Assembly (NCBI GenBank): GCA_045114695.1 | Contig: JBGUKX010000017.1 | Coordinates: forward strand, 65,201 to 129,200 | Length of the DNA stretch: 64,000 nt | Source of the DNA: Lachnospiraceae bacterium | GTDB lineage: Bacteria; Bacillota; Clostridia; Lachnospirales; Lachnospiraceae | Reading direction: 5' to 3' | In this document: piece by piece, positions 29,307 to 39,089 of the stretch | Numbering within the stretch: the stretch's first letter is position 1 | Layout: each line of letters starts with the position of its first letter | The notes under the pieces: generated by a model | What the model saw: only the letters and a program-made list of their open reading frames with translations | Told to the model about the DNA's origin: nothing | Databases searched by the model: none | Program-made: the position numbers and the translations under genes

Positions 29307-31121
29307 TCACTCGATGGCCTGCACGAGCTCCATCACCGCGTCCCGGATCCTGCCGTTCACCTCGAGGGCCGCTTCCCTGCTCTCCGCCTTCGAGTAGAAA
29401 TAGAACTTGATCTTCGGCTCCGTGCCGGAGGGGCGTACCGCAAACCAGCTCCCGTTTTCAAGATAGAAAATCAGGACGTTGGAGGCCGGCACGTCCTCAT
29501 AGCCGTGCTCGTAGTCGACGACCTTCACCACGGGAATCCCCGCGATTTCCGTGGGGCTGTCCGCCCGCACGGCGGCCATCATGCGGCCGATCCGCTGCGA
29601 ACCGGCGATGCCCTGCAGTACCAGGCTGGGCTCGTCCTCCGCGAAATAGCCGTACTTCCCGTAGATCTCCTGCAGCACGTTCCACAGGGTCTTCCCCTGC
29701 TTCCTGTAATAGGCGGCCGCCTCGGCCACCAGCATTCCGGCGCTGATGCCGTCCTTGTCCCGGATGTCCTCGCAGGCGGCGTAGCCGACGGACTGCTCGT
29801 ATCCGAAGAGGTAGACCAGGCCGTTCTCATGAAGGAACGGGATCCTTCCGCTGATGTTCTTGAAGCCGGTGAGCGCCTCGAACATCCTGACCCCGTAGGC
29901 CTCCGCGATGATCGTCCCCAGGGAGCTGGTCACGATGGATTTGACCATGGCGCCGTTCTCGGGGAGCGTGCCGGCCGCGCGCCGCCCCTCCAGGATATAG
30001 TTGACCAGGATATAGCCGGTCTGGTTGCCGTTCAGCGGAATGTAAGTTCCGTCCTCTCCCAGGATCTCGATCGCGAACCGGTCGCTGTCGGGGTCCGTCG
30101 CCATCAGGAGCTCGGCGCCGACCTTCCTGCCCAGCTCCTCGCTCATGGCGAAGGCCGCCGGGCTCTCGGGATTCGGATATCCCACCGTCGTGAAATCAGG
30201 ATCCGGGTCCTTCTGCTCCTCCACGATGTGCCAGTTTGTGAAGCCGCGCTCCTCCAGCATCTTCCGGAAGGGGATGGAACCCGCTCCGTTGAGGGGCGTG
30301 TAGACCAGCGGCAGGGACAGGTCCAGCTCGTCTCCGCTGTGAATCGCCAGCGCCTCGATCCGGTCGAGATAGGCGCGGTCCTCCGCCTCTCCCAGCATGG
30401 TGATCATGCCGCCTGCCAGACCCGCCTCGTAGCTTCCCCAGCGGATCCGGTTCTCCGGGCCCTCCGCGCCGGCGCCGCTTTCCGGGCCGTTGTCCGCCGT
30501 CCCGGCGTTCCCGCCGGCGGGTTCCTTCTCCGTCCCCGCTTCGGCGTATACCCAGGCGGGAATGGGAACCGCGAAGGGATCCACCGCGCAGATCTTCGCG
30601 TACATCCCGTCCGCCACGTCGCTGGCGACCTGACAGCCGTCGTCCCAGTAGGCCTTGTAGCCGTTGTATTCCTTCGGGTTGTGCGAGGCCGTGATGTTGA
30701 TGCCCGAGACGGTGTGAAGCGTCCGGATGAGATAGGCCAGCTCCGGCGTCGGACGGAGATCGGGAAATACATAGCTCCGGACGCCGTTGGCCGCGAGTAT
30801 GCCCGCGGCGAGCCGGCTGAATTCCTTTGAGAAGTGCCGCGGGTCATGGGCGATGATGACGCCCCGCTCCATGGCCTCGGGGCCGCTCTCCCGGATGTAG
30901 TCCGCGATTCCCTGCGTCGCCCTGGCCACCGTGACGAAGTTCATGCGGTTCGTGCCCGCGCCGAGCTTGCCGCGCAGTCCCGCGGTCCCGAAGACCATAT
31001 CCTGATAAAAACGGTCCTCTATCTCGGCCTCGTCATCTTTGATCGCGAGAAGCTCGCTCCGGAGCGGATCCGCCTCGTCGAGCATTCTCAGCCATTTCTC
31101 ATATTCCTCACGTGCCTTCAT
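29307..31121 (-). CDS. pgm: Phosphoglucomutase/phosphomannomutase
   Basis: FGTAGLRG, ITASHNP, DPDSDR and RPSGTEPK motifs. Confidence 0.93.
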   Translation of the reverse strand: MKAREEYEKWLRMLDEADPLRSELLAIKDDEAEIEDRFYQDMVFGTAGLRGKLGAGTNRMNFVTVARATQGIADYIRESGPEAMERGVIIAHDPRHFSKEFSRLAAGILAANGVRSYVFPDLRPTPELAYLIRTLHTVSGINITASHNPKEYNGYKAYWDDGCQVASDVADGMYAKICAVDPFAVPIPAWVYAEAGTEKEPAGGNAGTADNGPESGAGAEGPENRIRWGSYEAGLAGGMITMLGEAEDRAYLDRIEALAIHSGDELDLSLPLVYTPLNGAGSIPFRKMLEERGFTNWHIVEEQKDPDPDFTTVGYPNPESPAAFAMSEELGRKVGAELLMATDPDSDRFAIEILGEDGTYIPLNGNQTGYILVNYILEGRRAAGTLPENGAMVKSIVTSSLGTIIAEAYGVRMFEALTGFKNISGRIPFLHENGLVYLFGYEQSVGYAACEDIRDKDGISAGMLVAEAAAYYRKQGKTLWNVLQEIYGKYGYFAEDEPSLVLQGIAGSQRIGRMMAAVRADSPTEIAGIPVVKVVDYEHGYEDVPASNVLIFYLENGSWFAVRPSGTEPKIKFYFYSKAESREAALEVNGRIRDAVMELVQAIE

Positions 31122-31124
31122 GTC

Positions 31125-32249
31125 TCACGCCTCCTCCAGCTTCTCCGCAGCCTCCTTCAGGTATTCGATGATCGGGAGATGCTGCGGACACACTCCCTCA
31201 CACTGGCCGCACGCGATGCAGTCCGAGGCCTTCCCGGAATCCGCCGTCAGCCCTCCGTAGTACATCAGAGGTCTTCTGTCCGCAGGATACAGTCTCTTTG
31301 TGTTCAGCGCGCGGAAAACGTCGGGGATCCTGATCCCCATGGGACATCCCGGGGTGCAGTAGCGGCAGGAGGTGCACTGGATCTGCTCCGCCTCCGCGAC
31401 GGCGGCGGTGATCTTTCTGATGATTTCCTTTTCTCCGTCGGAGAGCGGCTCGAAATGCGTGATGGTCCGGAGGTTGTCCTCCATCTGCTCCTCTGTGGAC
31501 ATTCCCGAGAGAATCGTCATGACGCCGTCCAGCGAGGCGACGAAACGGATCGCCCAGGACGCCGCGGAGGCATCCGGCCTCGCCGCCTTCATCATCTCCT
31601 CGATCCCCGGCTGTTCAAAGGAAGCGAGGGTGCCTCCCTTCACCGGCTCCATGATGATCATGGGAATCTTTCTGGCCAGCAGAATGTCGTACAGGCGGCC
31701 GGACTGGACCAGCGGGTTGTTCCAGTCGAGATAATTGAGCTGGATCTGGACGAATTCAATCTCGGGATGGGCGTCCAGGATCTCCTCGAGAAGCTCCGGC
31801 GTCCCGTGGAACGAAAATCCGAAATGACGGATCTTTCCCTCCGCCTTCTTCTGCAGGCAGAAGTTGAAGCAGTCGTATTTCACATAGGTGTCATAGTTGC
31901 TGCCGTCCTCGACGGAATGCAGCAGATAGAAATCGAAATAGCCGGCGCCGGTGCGCTCCAGCTGCTCGTTGAAGATCCTCTCGCGGTCGGCCTCCCCATG
32001 GATGCTCCAGGCGGGGAGCTTCGTCGCGAGATAGAAGCTGTCCCGGGGATAGCGCTTCACCAGCACCTCCTTCACGGCCTCCTCTGAGTGTCCTTCGTGA
32101 TACACATAGGCGGTGTCAAAGTAATTCAGTCCGGCTTTCATGTAGGCGTCCGCCATGGTGCACACCCGTTCCAGATCGATGGCGTCCCCTTTCTTCGGAA
32201 GACGCATCAGGCCGAAACCGAGCTTCGGCATTTCACTGATGTTTATCAT
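31125..32249 (-). CDS. Aldo/keto reductase with C-terminal 4Fe-4S dicluster
   Basis: KLGFGLMRLP, YFDTAYVYH; CTSCRYC..C and CIACGQCEGVCP. Start reassigned to MINISEMP (the track's 32510 start overlaps the upstream gene). Confidence 0.9.
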   Translation of the reverse strand: MINISEMPKLGFGLMRLPKKGDAIDLERVCTMADAYMKAGLNYFDTAYVYHEGHSEEAVKEVLVKRYPRDSFYLATKLPAWSIHGEADRERIFNEQLERTGAGYFDFYLLHSVEDGSNYDTYVKYDCFNFCLQKKAEGKIRHFGFSFHGTPELLEEILDAHPEIEFVQIQLNYLDWNNPLVQSGRLYDILLARKIPMIIMEPVKGGTLASFEQPGIEEMMKAARPDASAASWAIRFVASLDGVMTILSGMSTEEQMEDNLRTITHFEPLSDGEKEIIRKITAAVAEAEQIQCTSCRYCTPGCPMGIRIPDVFRALNTKRLYPADRRPLMYYGGLTADSGKASDCIACGQCEGVCPQHLPIIEYLKEAAEKLEEA

Positions 32250-32299
32250 CGTGTCACTCCTTCCTCCCGCGATAAGGCCGAGGACGCCTTCCGGCTTTG

Positions 32300-33226
32300 T
32301 TACTTCAGGAACCCGTTGATGATCTGCTCCTCCGCCTCGCCGGCGCTGAGGCCGAGGGTCATGAGCTTGGTGAGCTGGTCTCCCGCGATCTTGCCGATCG
32401 CCGCTTCGTGCACCAGCATCGCCTCTACATTGTTTGCCTCGAGGGACGGAACCGCCAGGATTCTTCCCTCGTCCATGATGATCGAATCGCATTCGGTGTG
32501 GCCGCTGCACACGGCGTTGCCGATGATCCTGAGGTCAAGCTTCTGATACGAGCGGTCCCTCGCGACGCCCCTGGACACGATGTCCGCGCTGGAGCCGTCC
32601 CCGTCCAGGGACACCGAGTAGACGCTCCCGGCGGTCTGGGTGCCGTGGGTCATCAGCCTCTCCCTGACCACCATATGGCAGTCCTTCCCGAGCACGGCCT
32701 TCGTGGTGCGCTCCGTGGAATCGACGCCCTTGATCTGGACCATCTCCATCTCGACGGAGCTTCCTTCCTCCATATAGACCTCCGTCACCGGGTTGAGAAT
32801 CCGCTTTCCCAGTCCGTCTCCGGATCCGTAATGCTTCTCGACGTACTTCACCTTCGAATTCTTTCCCACATGGAAGGTGTGGATGCCGTCGTGCTCGGCG
32901 TCCTGGACGCCGCAGTTGTCGATGCCGCAGCCGGCGACGATCAGGACGTCGCAGTCCTCGCCCACGTAGAAGTCGTTGTAGACGGTCTCCGTGAGGCCGC
33001 TGACGCTGAGAACCACGGGAATGTGGACGCTCTGGTTCTTCGTCCCGTCCTTGATCCGGATCACGAGGCCGCTGCCGTCGGGCCTGGACTCGATGTCAAT
33101 GTCCTTTGTGCTGTTCCTCCCGACGGATTTGCCGTTGGCCCGCAGGTTGTAGGCGCCGGTGGGAACGTCATGGAGATCCGCGATCTCCTCAAGAAGTCTC
33201 TTCTGTATGTCGTCCATTTTCAGCAT
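32300..33226 (-). CDS. SufB/SufD-family Fe-S scaffold (minimal SUF-like system)
   Basis: Beta-helix-type sequence, GHTECDSII and LVHEAAIGKIA motifs. Confidence 0.88.
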   Translation of the reverse strand: MLKMDDIQKRLLEEIADLHDVPTGAYNLRANGKSVGRNSTKDIDIESRPDGSGLVIRIKDGTKNQSVHIPVVLSVSGLTETVYNDFYVGEDCDVLIVAGCGIDNCGVQDAEHDGIHTFHVGKNSKVKYVEKHYGSGDGLGKRILNPVTEVYMEEGSSVEMEMVQIKGVDSTERTTKAVLGKDCHMVVRERLMTHGTQTAGSVYSVSLDGDGSSADIVSRGVARDRSYQKLDLRIIGNAVCSGHTECDSIIMDEGRILAVPSLEANNVEAMLVHEAAIGKIAGDQLTKLMTLGLSAGEAEEQIINGFLK

Positions 33227-33230
33227 CGTC

Positions 33231-33965
33231 TCACCTCCTGAGCCTTTCGCAGGCGTCGACCGCCGCCTCGGTCCCCATGATGTCCGGGATGATCTCCTTT
33301 GCGTCGCCCTGCCGGAGGATCGTTCCGTCCTTCTGGAGAACCACGATCTCGTCGGCGATATTCAGGATCCTCTCCTGATGGGAAATGATCACAATGGAGC
33401 TGTCGTGAATCTCGCTGCGCATCTTCTCGAAGATGCTGATCAGGTTCTGGAAGCTCCAGAGGTCGATCCCCGCCTCCGGCTCGTCGAACACGGTGAGCTT
33501 CGTCTTCCGCGCCAGCACCGTCGCGATCTCGATCCTCTTCAGCTCGCCGCCGGAGAGGGAGGCGTTGACCTCGCGGTTGATGTAATCCCTGGCGCACAGC
33601 CCCACCTCGGAGAGATAGGAGCAGGCGTCGTTGACGGCGAGCTCCCTGCCGGAGGCGATCCGGAGGAGGTCGAACACCTGGATTCCCTTGAAGCGTACCG
33701 GCTGCTGGAAGGCGAAGCTGATGCCCAGCTTCGCGCGCTCGGTGATCCCCAGATCCGTAATGTCCTCGCCTTCATAATAAATCCTGCCCGCCGTGGGCTT
33801 CTCGATTCCCGCGATCAGCTTCGCCATCGTCGACTTCCCGCCGCCGTTGGGCCCGGTGATCACGACAAACTTCTGCTTCCCGATCTTCAGGTTGATGTCC
33901 CGGAGAATCTCTTTTCTTCCGTTCTCGTCGTTGGCCTCGAACGAGACTCCTTTCAGTTCAAGCAT
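33231..33965 (-). CDS. SufC-like ABC ATPase
   Basis: GPNGGGKST, FAFQQP, LSGGELKRIE and FDEPEAGIDL motifs; 4 bp from the SufB-like gene. Confidence 0.88.
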   Translation of the reverse strand: MLELKGVSFEANDENGRKEILRDINLKIGKQKFVVITGPNGGGKSTMAKLIAGIEKPTAGRIYYEGEDITDLGITERAKLGISFAFQQPVRFKGIQVFDLLRIASGRELAVNDACSYLSEVGLCARDYINREVNASLSGGELKRIEIATVLARKTKLTVFDEPEAGIDLWSFQNLISIFEKMRSEIHDSSIVIISHQERILNIADEIVVLQKDGTILRQGDAKEIIPDIMGTEAAVDACERLRR

Positions 33966-34113
33966 AGTATGCCCCTCGTTTCTGTAAGAATTGCTATTAT
34001 CATACCATCTTTTCGGAAATATTGCTCGATTATCCTGTCTGAAGCCGCAACTTCCCGGAAATCAGAGCAGAGTTTTCCCCGATATGATAATATAATAATA
34101 TTCATCCGTAATC

Positions 34114-34151
34114 TTAACCTGTTTTTAATCTTTCTTCAAAGCGCCTTTAAG
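34114..34151 (+). promoter_or_regulatory. Putative OmpR-family binding array, TTAA half-sites at 11-bp pitch
   Basis: TTAAC at 34114, TTAAT at 34125, TCAAA at 34136 and TTAAG at 34147, upstream of an operon encoding an OmpR regulator. Confidence 0.5.
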
Positions 34152-34236
34152 AGAGCGGTGATAGGATGTCACCATCGAATGAAGCCGCAGCAAAAAACAA
34201 AGGTGCGGCAATGAATGAAGAAAGAAGGAGAAAGAA

Positions 34237-35055
34237 ATGGATAATCTTGAAAAAGTCGAAAAGCTTCGTCAGCGCGCAAACGTGTCCTACGCGGAGGCAA
34301 AGGCAGCCCTCGAGGCGAACGGATGGGATCTTCTGGACGCCATGGTGGCCCTGGAAAAGCAGGGAAAGACGGAAAGCCCGTCGAAGAGCGATTTTTCCAC
34401 CAGCTACGAGCAGCAGAACCATTACGAAAAGGTTCAGGAGAAGGTCGAGATCCAGAGGAAGACCCAGGCTCACCCCGTGAGATCCATCGTCAACGCCATC
34501 CGCCGCTTCTTCCGGATCTGCCTCGACAACTCCTTCACGGTCAGCCGCCGCGGCGTCCGGATCTTCCAGATGCCGGTCATCGTCCCGGTCATCCTGCTCC
34601 TGATCAACTGGAAGGTGGTCCTCGTCGTCATGGTGGCCGCGCTGTTCTTCGGAATCCGCTACTCCTTCGAAGGAAAGGACAACCTCGAAAAGGCCAACAG
34701 CTTCATGAACTCCGCCGGCAGCTTCGCGGACTCCATGAAGGAAGGCTTCTTCGAGAAGGACCGCCGGAAGGCCGAAAAGAACGCTGAGAAGAAGGCCGAA
34801 ACGAACGCCGCGGAAGAAGCCGCGCAGAACAGAGCCTTCGAAAACACGGCCGCGGAAAGCGCCGTGAAGAACGAGCCTTTTGAAACTACCGCCGAAGAAG
34901 CCGCAAAGAACGAGCCCTTCGAAAATACCGCCGAAGAAGCCGCAAAGAGCGAGCCCTTCGAAAATACCGCCGAAGTGACGGCCGCCGCGGAACCCGCGCA
35001 GAACGTCCGGGCGGAAGCGGATCTGACACAGACCGCGGGAGAAACCCTCCAGTAA
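34237..35055 (+). CDS. UBA-like/DUF4342-like protein with repetitive acidic tail
   Basis: VEKLRQRANVSYAEAKAALEANGWDLLDA N-terminus, central hydrophobic segment, EEAAKNEPFENTA repeats. Confidence 0.75.
   Translation: MDNLEKVEKLRQRANVSYAEAKAALEANGWDLLDAMVALEKQGKTESPSKSDFSTSYEQQNHYEKVQEKVEIQRKTQAHPVRSIVNAIRRFFRICLDNSFTVSRRGVRIFQMPVIVPVILLLINWKVVLVVMVAALFFGIRYSFEGKDNLEKANSFMNSAGSFADSMKEGFFEKDRRKAEKNAEKKAETNAAEEAAQNRAFENTAAESAVKNEPFETTAEEAAKNEPFENTAEEAAKSEPFENTAEVTAAAEPAQNVRAEADLTQTAGETLQ
34807..34975 (+). repeat. In-frame 42/39-bp coding repeats, about 4 copies
   Basis: (A)AEEAAKNEPFENT-type units. Confidence 0.85.
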
Positions 35056-35088
35056 CGCCATAAACCCGTCACAAAAAAGGAGACTGCC

Positions 35089-35817
35089 TTGAACGCCAGC
35101 ATTCTGATCGTCGAAGATGAAGAAAAGCTCGCCCGTTTTGTGGAGCTGGAGCTCCAGCACGAGGGCTACCGCGTCGCGAAAGCGTCAAACGGCCGGGACG
35201 CCCTGGAGGAAGCCGTGAGAACCCAGTACGACCTCATCCTGCTGGATATCATGCTGCCCGGCCTCAACGGGCTGGAGGTCCTGAGGCGTCTCCAGAAGGA
35301 GCGTCCCACCCCGGTCATCCTCCTCACCGCGAGAGACGCGGTCATGGACAAGGTATCCGGGCTGGACGCCGGGGCGGTGGACTACGTGACAAAGCCCTTC
35401 GCCATCGAGGAGCTTCTCGCGAGGATCCGCGTAGCGCTCAAGCTTCACCCGTCCGGCGCCCCGGCGGCGGAAGGAACGTCCCGTGAGGACGACAGAGGGA
35501 CCCTGCTCACCTGGGGTCCCTTGAGCCTTGATGAGCCCCGGCACCGCGTGATGATGGAGGGCCACGAGATCTCCCTGACCAACCGCGAATTTCTGATGCT
35601 GAAGACGCTGCTCGAGAACCAGGACATCGTCCTGACCCGCGACACCCTCCTGGAGAGGGTGTGCGGTTACGACTATGTGGGCGAGACCAACGTGACGGAC
35701 GTCTATATCCGCTATCTGCGCTCGAAGATCGACGACGTCTTCGGCGTAAAGATGATCCACACGGTCCGAGGCGTCGGCTACGTGATCAAGTCCTGGGACG
35801 GCAGCGCCTCGGAGTAA
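35089..35817 (+). CDS. OmpR-family response regulator
   Basis: ILIVEDE, LDIMLPG, DYVTKPF, VYIRYLRSKID and TVRGVGY motifs; TTG start. Confidence 0.94.
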   Translation: MNASILIVEDEEKLARFVELELQHEGYRVAKASNGRDALEEAVRTQYDLILLDIMLPGLNGLEVLRRLQKERPTPVILLTARDAVMDKVSGLDAGAVDYVTKPFAIEELLARIRVALKLHPSGAPAAEGTSREDDRGTLLTWGPLSLDEPRHRVMMEGHEISLTNREFLMLKTLLENQDIVLTRDTLLERVCGYDYVGETNVTDVYIRYLRSKIDDVFGVKMIHTVRGVGYVIKSWDGSASE

Positions 35818-35844
35818 GGCGGCACCGTCCCGCGGAGGTGCGAT

Positions 35845-37158
35845 ATGGCAAAAACGCCGGACAAAAAGAAAAGACGCGCGCTGCGCGCGGCAGGCGGCGA
35901 AGAGCGGAGGGTCTCCTCCATCACCAGACGCCTGCATCTGGGGCTCGTCCGCAAGAAGCTCTGGATCTTCGTCCGCTCCGACATTCTCCTCTTCCTCTGC
36001 TCCGCCGCGGGCTACCTGGCGGGCACGGAGATCGAGGCCGCCGGAGCGCTTGTTCTCGACGCGTCCCGTACCCTGCGCACGGGAACCGCGGCGGGCGTCC
36101 TCGTCTACCGGGTGGCCGACGAGGCGGGAAAGGTGGTGCTGCAGACCGATCTGATGCCCGCCCTGAGACTCGCCCTCATCGTGCTGGCCGTCCTCTTTGT
36201 CCTCCAGCTGCTGGGGATGCTGTTCTCCTACATGCGCGAGGACAAAAAAATCCGGAACATTCTCGATCCCCTCAACGAGCTCGCGCTTCGCGCGGACGAG
36301 CTGAGCAGGATCTCCTTCTCGGAGGACAAGTACCACCTGCTCGAGGACGCCATCACCAGGATTGAGCCCGACGAGATGAAGACGCTCTCCCTCGGGGACG
36401 CTGAGCTCGCGGGCGTGGAGGCCGCGATGAACAACCTCCTGCTCCGGATGAAGGAGACGTACCGGCAGCAGGCGCGGTTCGTCAACGACGCCTCCCACGA
36501 GCTCCGGACGCCCATCGCCGTCATACAGGGCTACGCCAACATGCTCGACCGCTGGGGCAAAACGGATGAAAAGATCCTGGGCGAGTCGATCTCGGCCATA
36601 CGCAACGAGTCCGACCACATGAACCGCCTGGTGGAGCAGCTGCTCTTCCTCGCCAGAGGCGACAGCGGCAGAAATACGGTAAAAATAGAGCGGACCGATA
36701 TCCGGGATATCGTCCGCGAGGTATACGAAGAATCCTTTATGATCGATGAAAAGCATCCGTACCGGTTCCGGATCGACACGCCCGAAGGAGACGCCCCGGA
36801 CGCCCCCATCCTGGCGGACGTCGATCCGGGGCTCCTCAAACAGGCGGTCCGCATACTGACGGACAACGCGGCGAAATATACGCGCGAAGGAGACGAAATA
36901 CTGTTTTCCTGCGGCTATACGCAGGACAAGGCGCCCTATATCCAGGTCCAGGACACCGGGATCGGCATGGCAGAAGCGGACGTGGAGCACATGTTCGAGC
37001 GCTTCTACCGGTCCGACGAGGTCCGCGGCTACAAGGGCACCGGCCTCGGCCTGTCCATCGCGAAATGGATCGTGGACAAGCACCGGGGACATTTTGAGAT
37101 CCTGTCGAGGACGGGACTGGGCACCCGGATCCGGGTCGTGCTGGAGCCTGTGGAATAA
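35845..37158 (+). CDS. Sensor histidine kinase
   Basis: Two TM segments, SHELRTP, DNAAKY, DTGIG, FERFYR and GTGLGL motifs. Confidence 0.94.
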   Translation: MAKTPDKKKRRALRAAGGEERRVSSITRRLHLGLVRKKLWIFVRSDILLFLCSAAGYLAGTEIEAAGALVLDASRTLRTGTAAGVLVYRVADEAGKVVLQTDLMPALRLALIVLAVLFVLQLLGMLFSYMREDKKIRNILDPLNELALRADELSRISFSEDKYHLLEDAITRIEPDEMKTLSLGDAELAGVEAAMNNLLLRMKETYRQQARFVNDASHELRTPIAVIQGYANMLDRWGKTDEKILGESISAIRNESDHMNRLVEQLLFLARGDSGRNTVKIERTDIRDIVREVYEESFMIDEKHPYRFRIDTPEGDAPDAPILADVDPGLLKQAVRILTDNAAKYTREGDEILFSCGYTQDKAPYIQVQDTGIGMAEADVEHMFERFYRSDEVRGYKGTGLGLSIAKWIVDKHRGHFEILSRTGLGTRIRVVLEPVE

Positions 37159-37183
37159 GATTCCCGGGCTCCTTTTCCGATGC

Positions 37184-37278
37184 GGCCCTTTTCCCGCGGC
37201 TCAGCGCTTCTACGCCCGTCTGTCCCGGGCCGGCCCTGTGCCGGCCCTTTTCCCGCGGCCCTGCGCGCTTCTACGCCT
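37184..37278. repeat. Imperfect direct repeat with about 59-bp period between convergent genes
   Basis: GGCCCTTTTCCCGCGGC...GCGCTTCTACGCC at 37184 and 37243. Confidence 0.6.
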
Positions 37279-39085
37279 GAGCGCTCTCTCCCGCCTTTTC
37301 CTCCAGTTCGAAATAGCGCTCCATCTTCTGCTCGATCAGGGCGTCGGTCTCCTCCTTCTCGGCGGAGAGTCCGGCCAGCCTGCCGAAATCCGTGGCGCAG
37401 CGCTCCATCTCCTCCTCCAGCTCCGCGCTCCTCGCCTCGAGGGCCTCAATCTCCGGCATCAGGGTCTCATACTCTCTCTGCTCGCTGAAGGTCAGCTTCT
37501 TCTTCGCGGCTCTTCCCGCCGCTTTCTGAGCCCGGTACGCCTCGGCGCCGCCGGCAGGCTCCTCCCGGGTTTCCCCGGAGACCTTCTCCTCCGGGAACCA
37601 CTGCTCCCTGTGTTCAAGATATTCCGTGTAGCCGCCTTCGCTCTGGCGGACCGTCCCGTCCTCCTCGAAGGAAAAGATACGGGTCACGACCCGGTCGAGA
37701 AAATACCGGTCGTGGGAGACCGCGACGACGATCCCGGCGAAATGGTCCAGATAGTCCTCCAGCACCCGGAGCGTCGCGATGTCCAGGTCGTTGGTCGGCT
37801 CGTCGAGAACCAGCACGTTGGGCGCCTCCATGAGCACCCTGAGCAGGCAGAGTCTCCGCTTCTCCCCGCCGGAGATCCGGGAGACCGGCGTGTACTGCAT
37901 CTCGCTGTCAAAGAGAAACCTCTCGCACATCGAGGAGGCGGATACGAGGCCGTCCTTCGTCCGGATATACTCCGCCTTGTCGCGGACGGAGTCGATGACG
38001 CGGACGGACTCGTCGAGGCTCTCGTTCTCCTGGCTGAAATAGCCAAATTTCACGGTCTCTCCGATCTCCACCTTTCCGGAGTCGGGTTCCCTCTCCCCGA
38101 GAATCACCCTGAGGAGGGTGGTTTTTCCGCAGCCGTTGGGACCGATGATCCCGATTCTGTCCGTCCGGTTGAAGCTGTAGGAAAAGCCCCGGAACAGGGG
38201 CTTCCCGGGATACTCCGCGGAGACGTCCTCCAGCCGGATCACCTTTCCGCCGAGTCTCGTCGGCAGGGAGCTCAGCTCCACCTGCCGCTCCTCCACGATC
38301 TTCTCCCGGTCCCGGAGCGCCTCGAACCGCTGGATGTGGGCCTTCTGCTTGGTGGAGCGCGCCCTGGCGCCTCTCATCATCCACGCGAGGTCCTGCCGGT
38401 AGAGGGCCGCGGCCTTCCGCTCAGCGGCTCTCGCGCTGTCCATCCTGGCCTGCTTCAGCTCCAGATAGGTCGAGTAGCCGCCCTCGTAGAGATAGATCTT
38501 TCCCCGGTCCACCTCGAGGATCCTGTTGGTGACCCTGTCCAGAAAGTAGCGGTCGTGGGTGACCATCAGGATCGCGCCGCCGAAGGAACGGAGCGCGCCC
38601 TCCAGGTACCCGCTCATCCCGCTGTCGAGATGGTTGGTGGGCTCGTCCAGAATCATGAGCTCGCAGGGGGTCAGGAGCACCGCCGCCAGCGCCGCCCTCT
38701 TCTTCTGGCCGCCGGAGAGAGTCTCCGGGGAGACGTCGGGATCCGTGATCCCCAGCTTCAGCAGCATCGCCCTGGCCTCGCCCGTCACGTCCCAGTGCTC
38801 TTCGCGTCCCTTTATGCCGGAGGAGACATTTTCGAGAACGGTGCGCGCGCTGTCAAAAACCGGGTTCTGCGGCAGATAGGCGATCCTCACCTGTTTTCCC
38901 TTGACGACCTCGCCCCGGTCCGGCTCCGCCGCCCCCGCCGCGACGGAGAGCAGCGTGGATTTTCCCGTGCCGTTCACGCCGATGACGCCGATCCGGTCGC
39001 CGTCGCTGATGCCCAGGGTGACGTCGTCGAGAAGCATTCTGGAGTTGTAGGACTTGCTGACATGTTCCAGATTGAGAAGATTCAT
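37271..39085 (-). CDS. ABC-F family ATPase (Uup/YfmR-like)
   Basis: Two nucleotide-binding domains (GVNGTGKS, GPNGCGKT; LSGGQKKR, ISGGEKRR), DEPTNHLD and DEPTNDLD, C-terminal LTFSEQRE coiled coil; no TM segment. Confidence 0.93.
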   Translation of the reverse strand: MNLLNLEHVSKSYNSRMLLDDVTLGISDGDRIGVIGVNGTGKSTLLSVAAGAAEPDRGEVVKGKQVRIAYLPQNPVFDSARTVLENVSSGIKGREEHWDVTGEARAMLLKLGITDPDVSPETLSGGQKKRAALAAVLLTPCELMILDEPTNHLDSGMSGYLEGALRSFGGAILMVTHDRYFLDRVTNRILEVDRGKIYLYEGGYSTYLELKQARMDSARAAERKAAALYRQDLAWMMRGARARSTKQKAHIQRFEALRDREKIVEERQVELSSLPTRLGGKVIRLEDVSAEYPGKPLFRGFSYSFNRTDRIGIIGPNGCGKTTLLRVILGEREPDSGKVEIGETVKFGYFSQENESLDESVRVIDSVRDKAEYIRTKDGLVSASSMCERFLFDSEMQYTPVSRISGGEKRRLCLLRVLMEAPNVLVLDEPTNDLDIATLRVLEDYLDHFAGIVVAVSHDRYFLDRVVTRIFSFEEDGTVRQSEGGYTEYLEHREQWFPEEKVSGETREEPAGGAEAYRAQKAAGRAAKKKLTFSEQREYETLMPEIEALEARSAELEEEMERCATDFGRLAGLSAEKEETDALIEQKMERYFELEEKAGESAQA

Positions 39086-39089
39086 GCCG

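Noticed and set aside
32250-32510. N-terminal extension of the aldo/keto reductase
   Set aside because: It overlaps the SufB-like gene in another frame; the RBS AGGAAGGAG precedes 32249.
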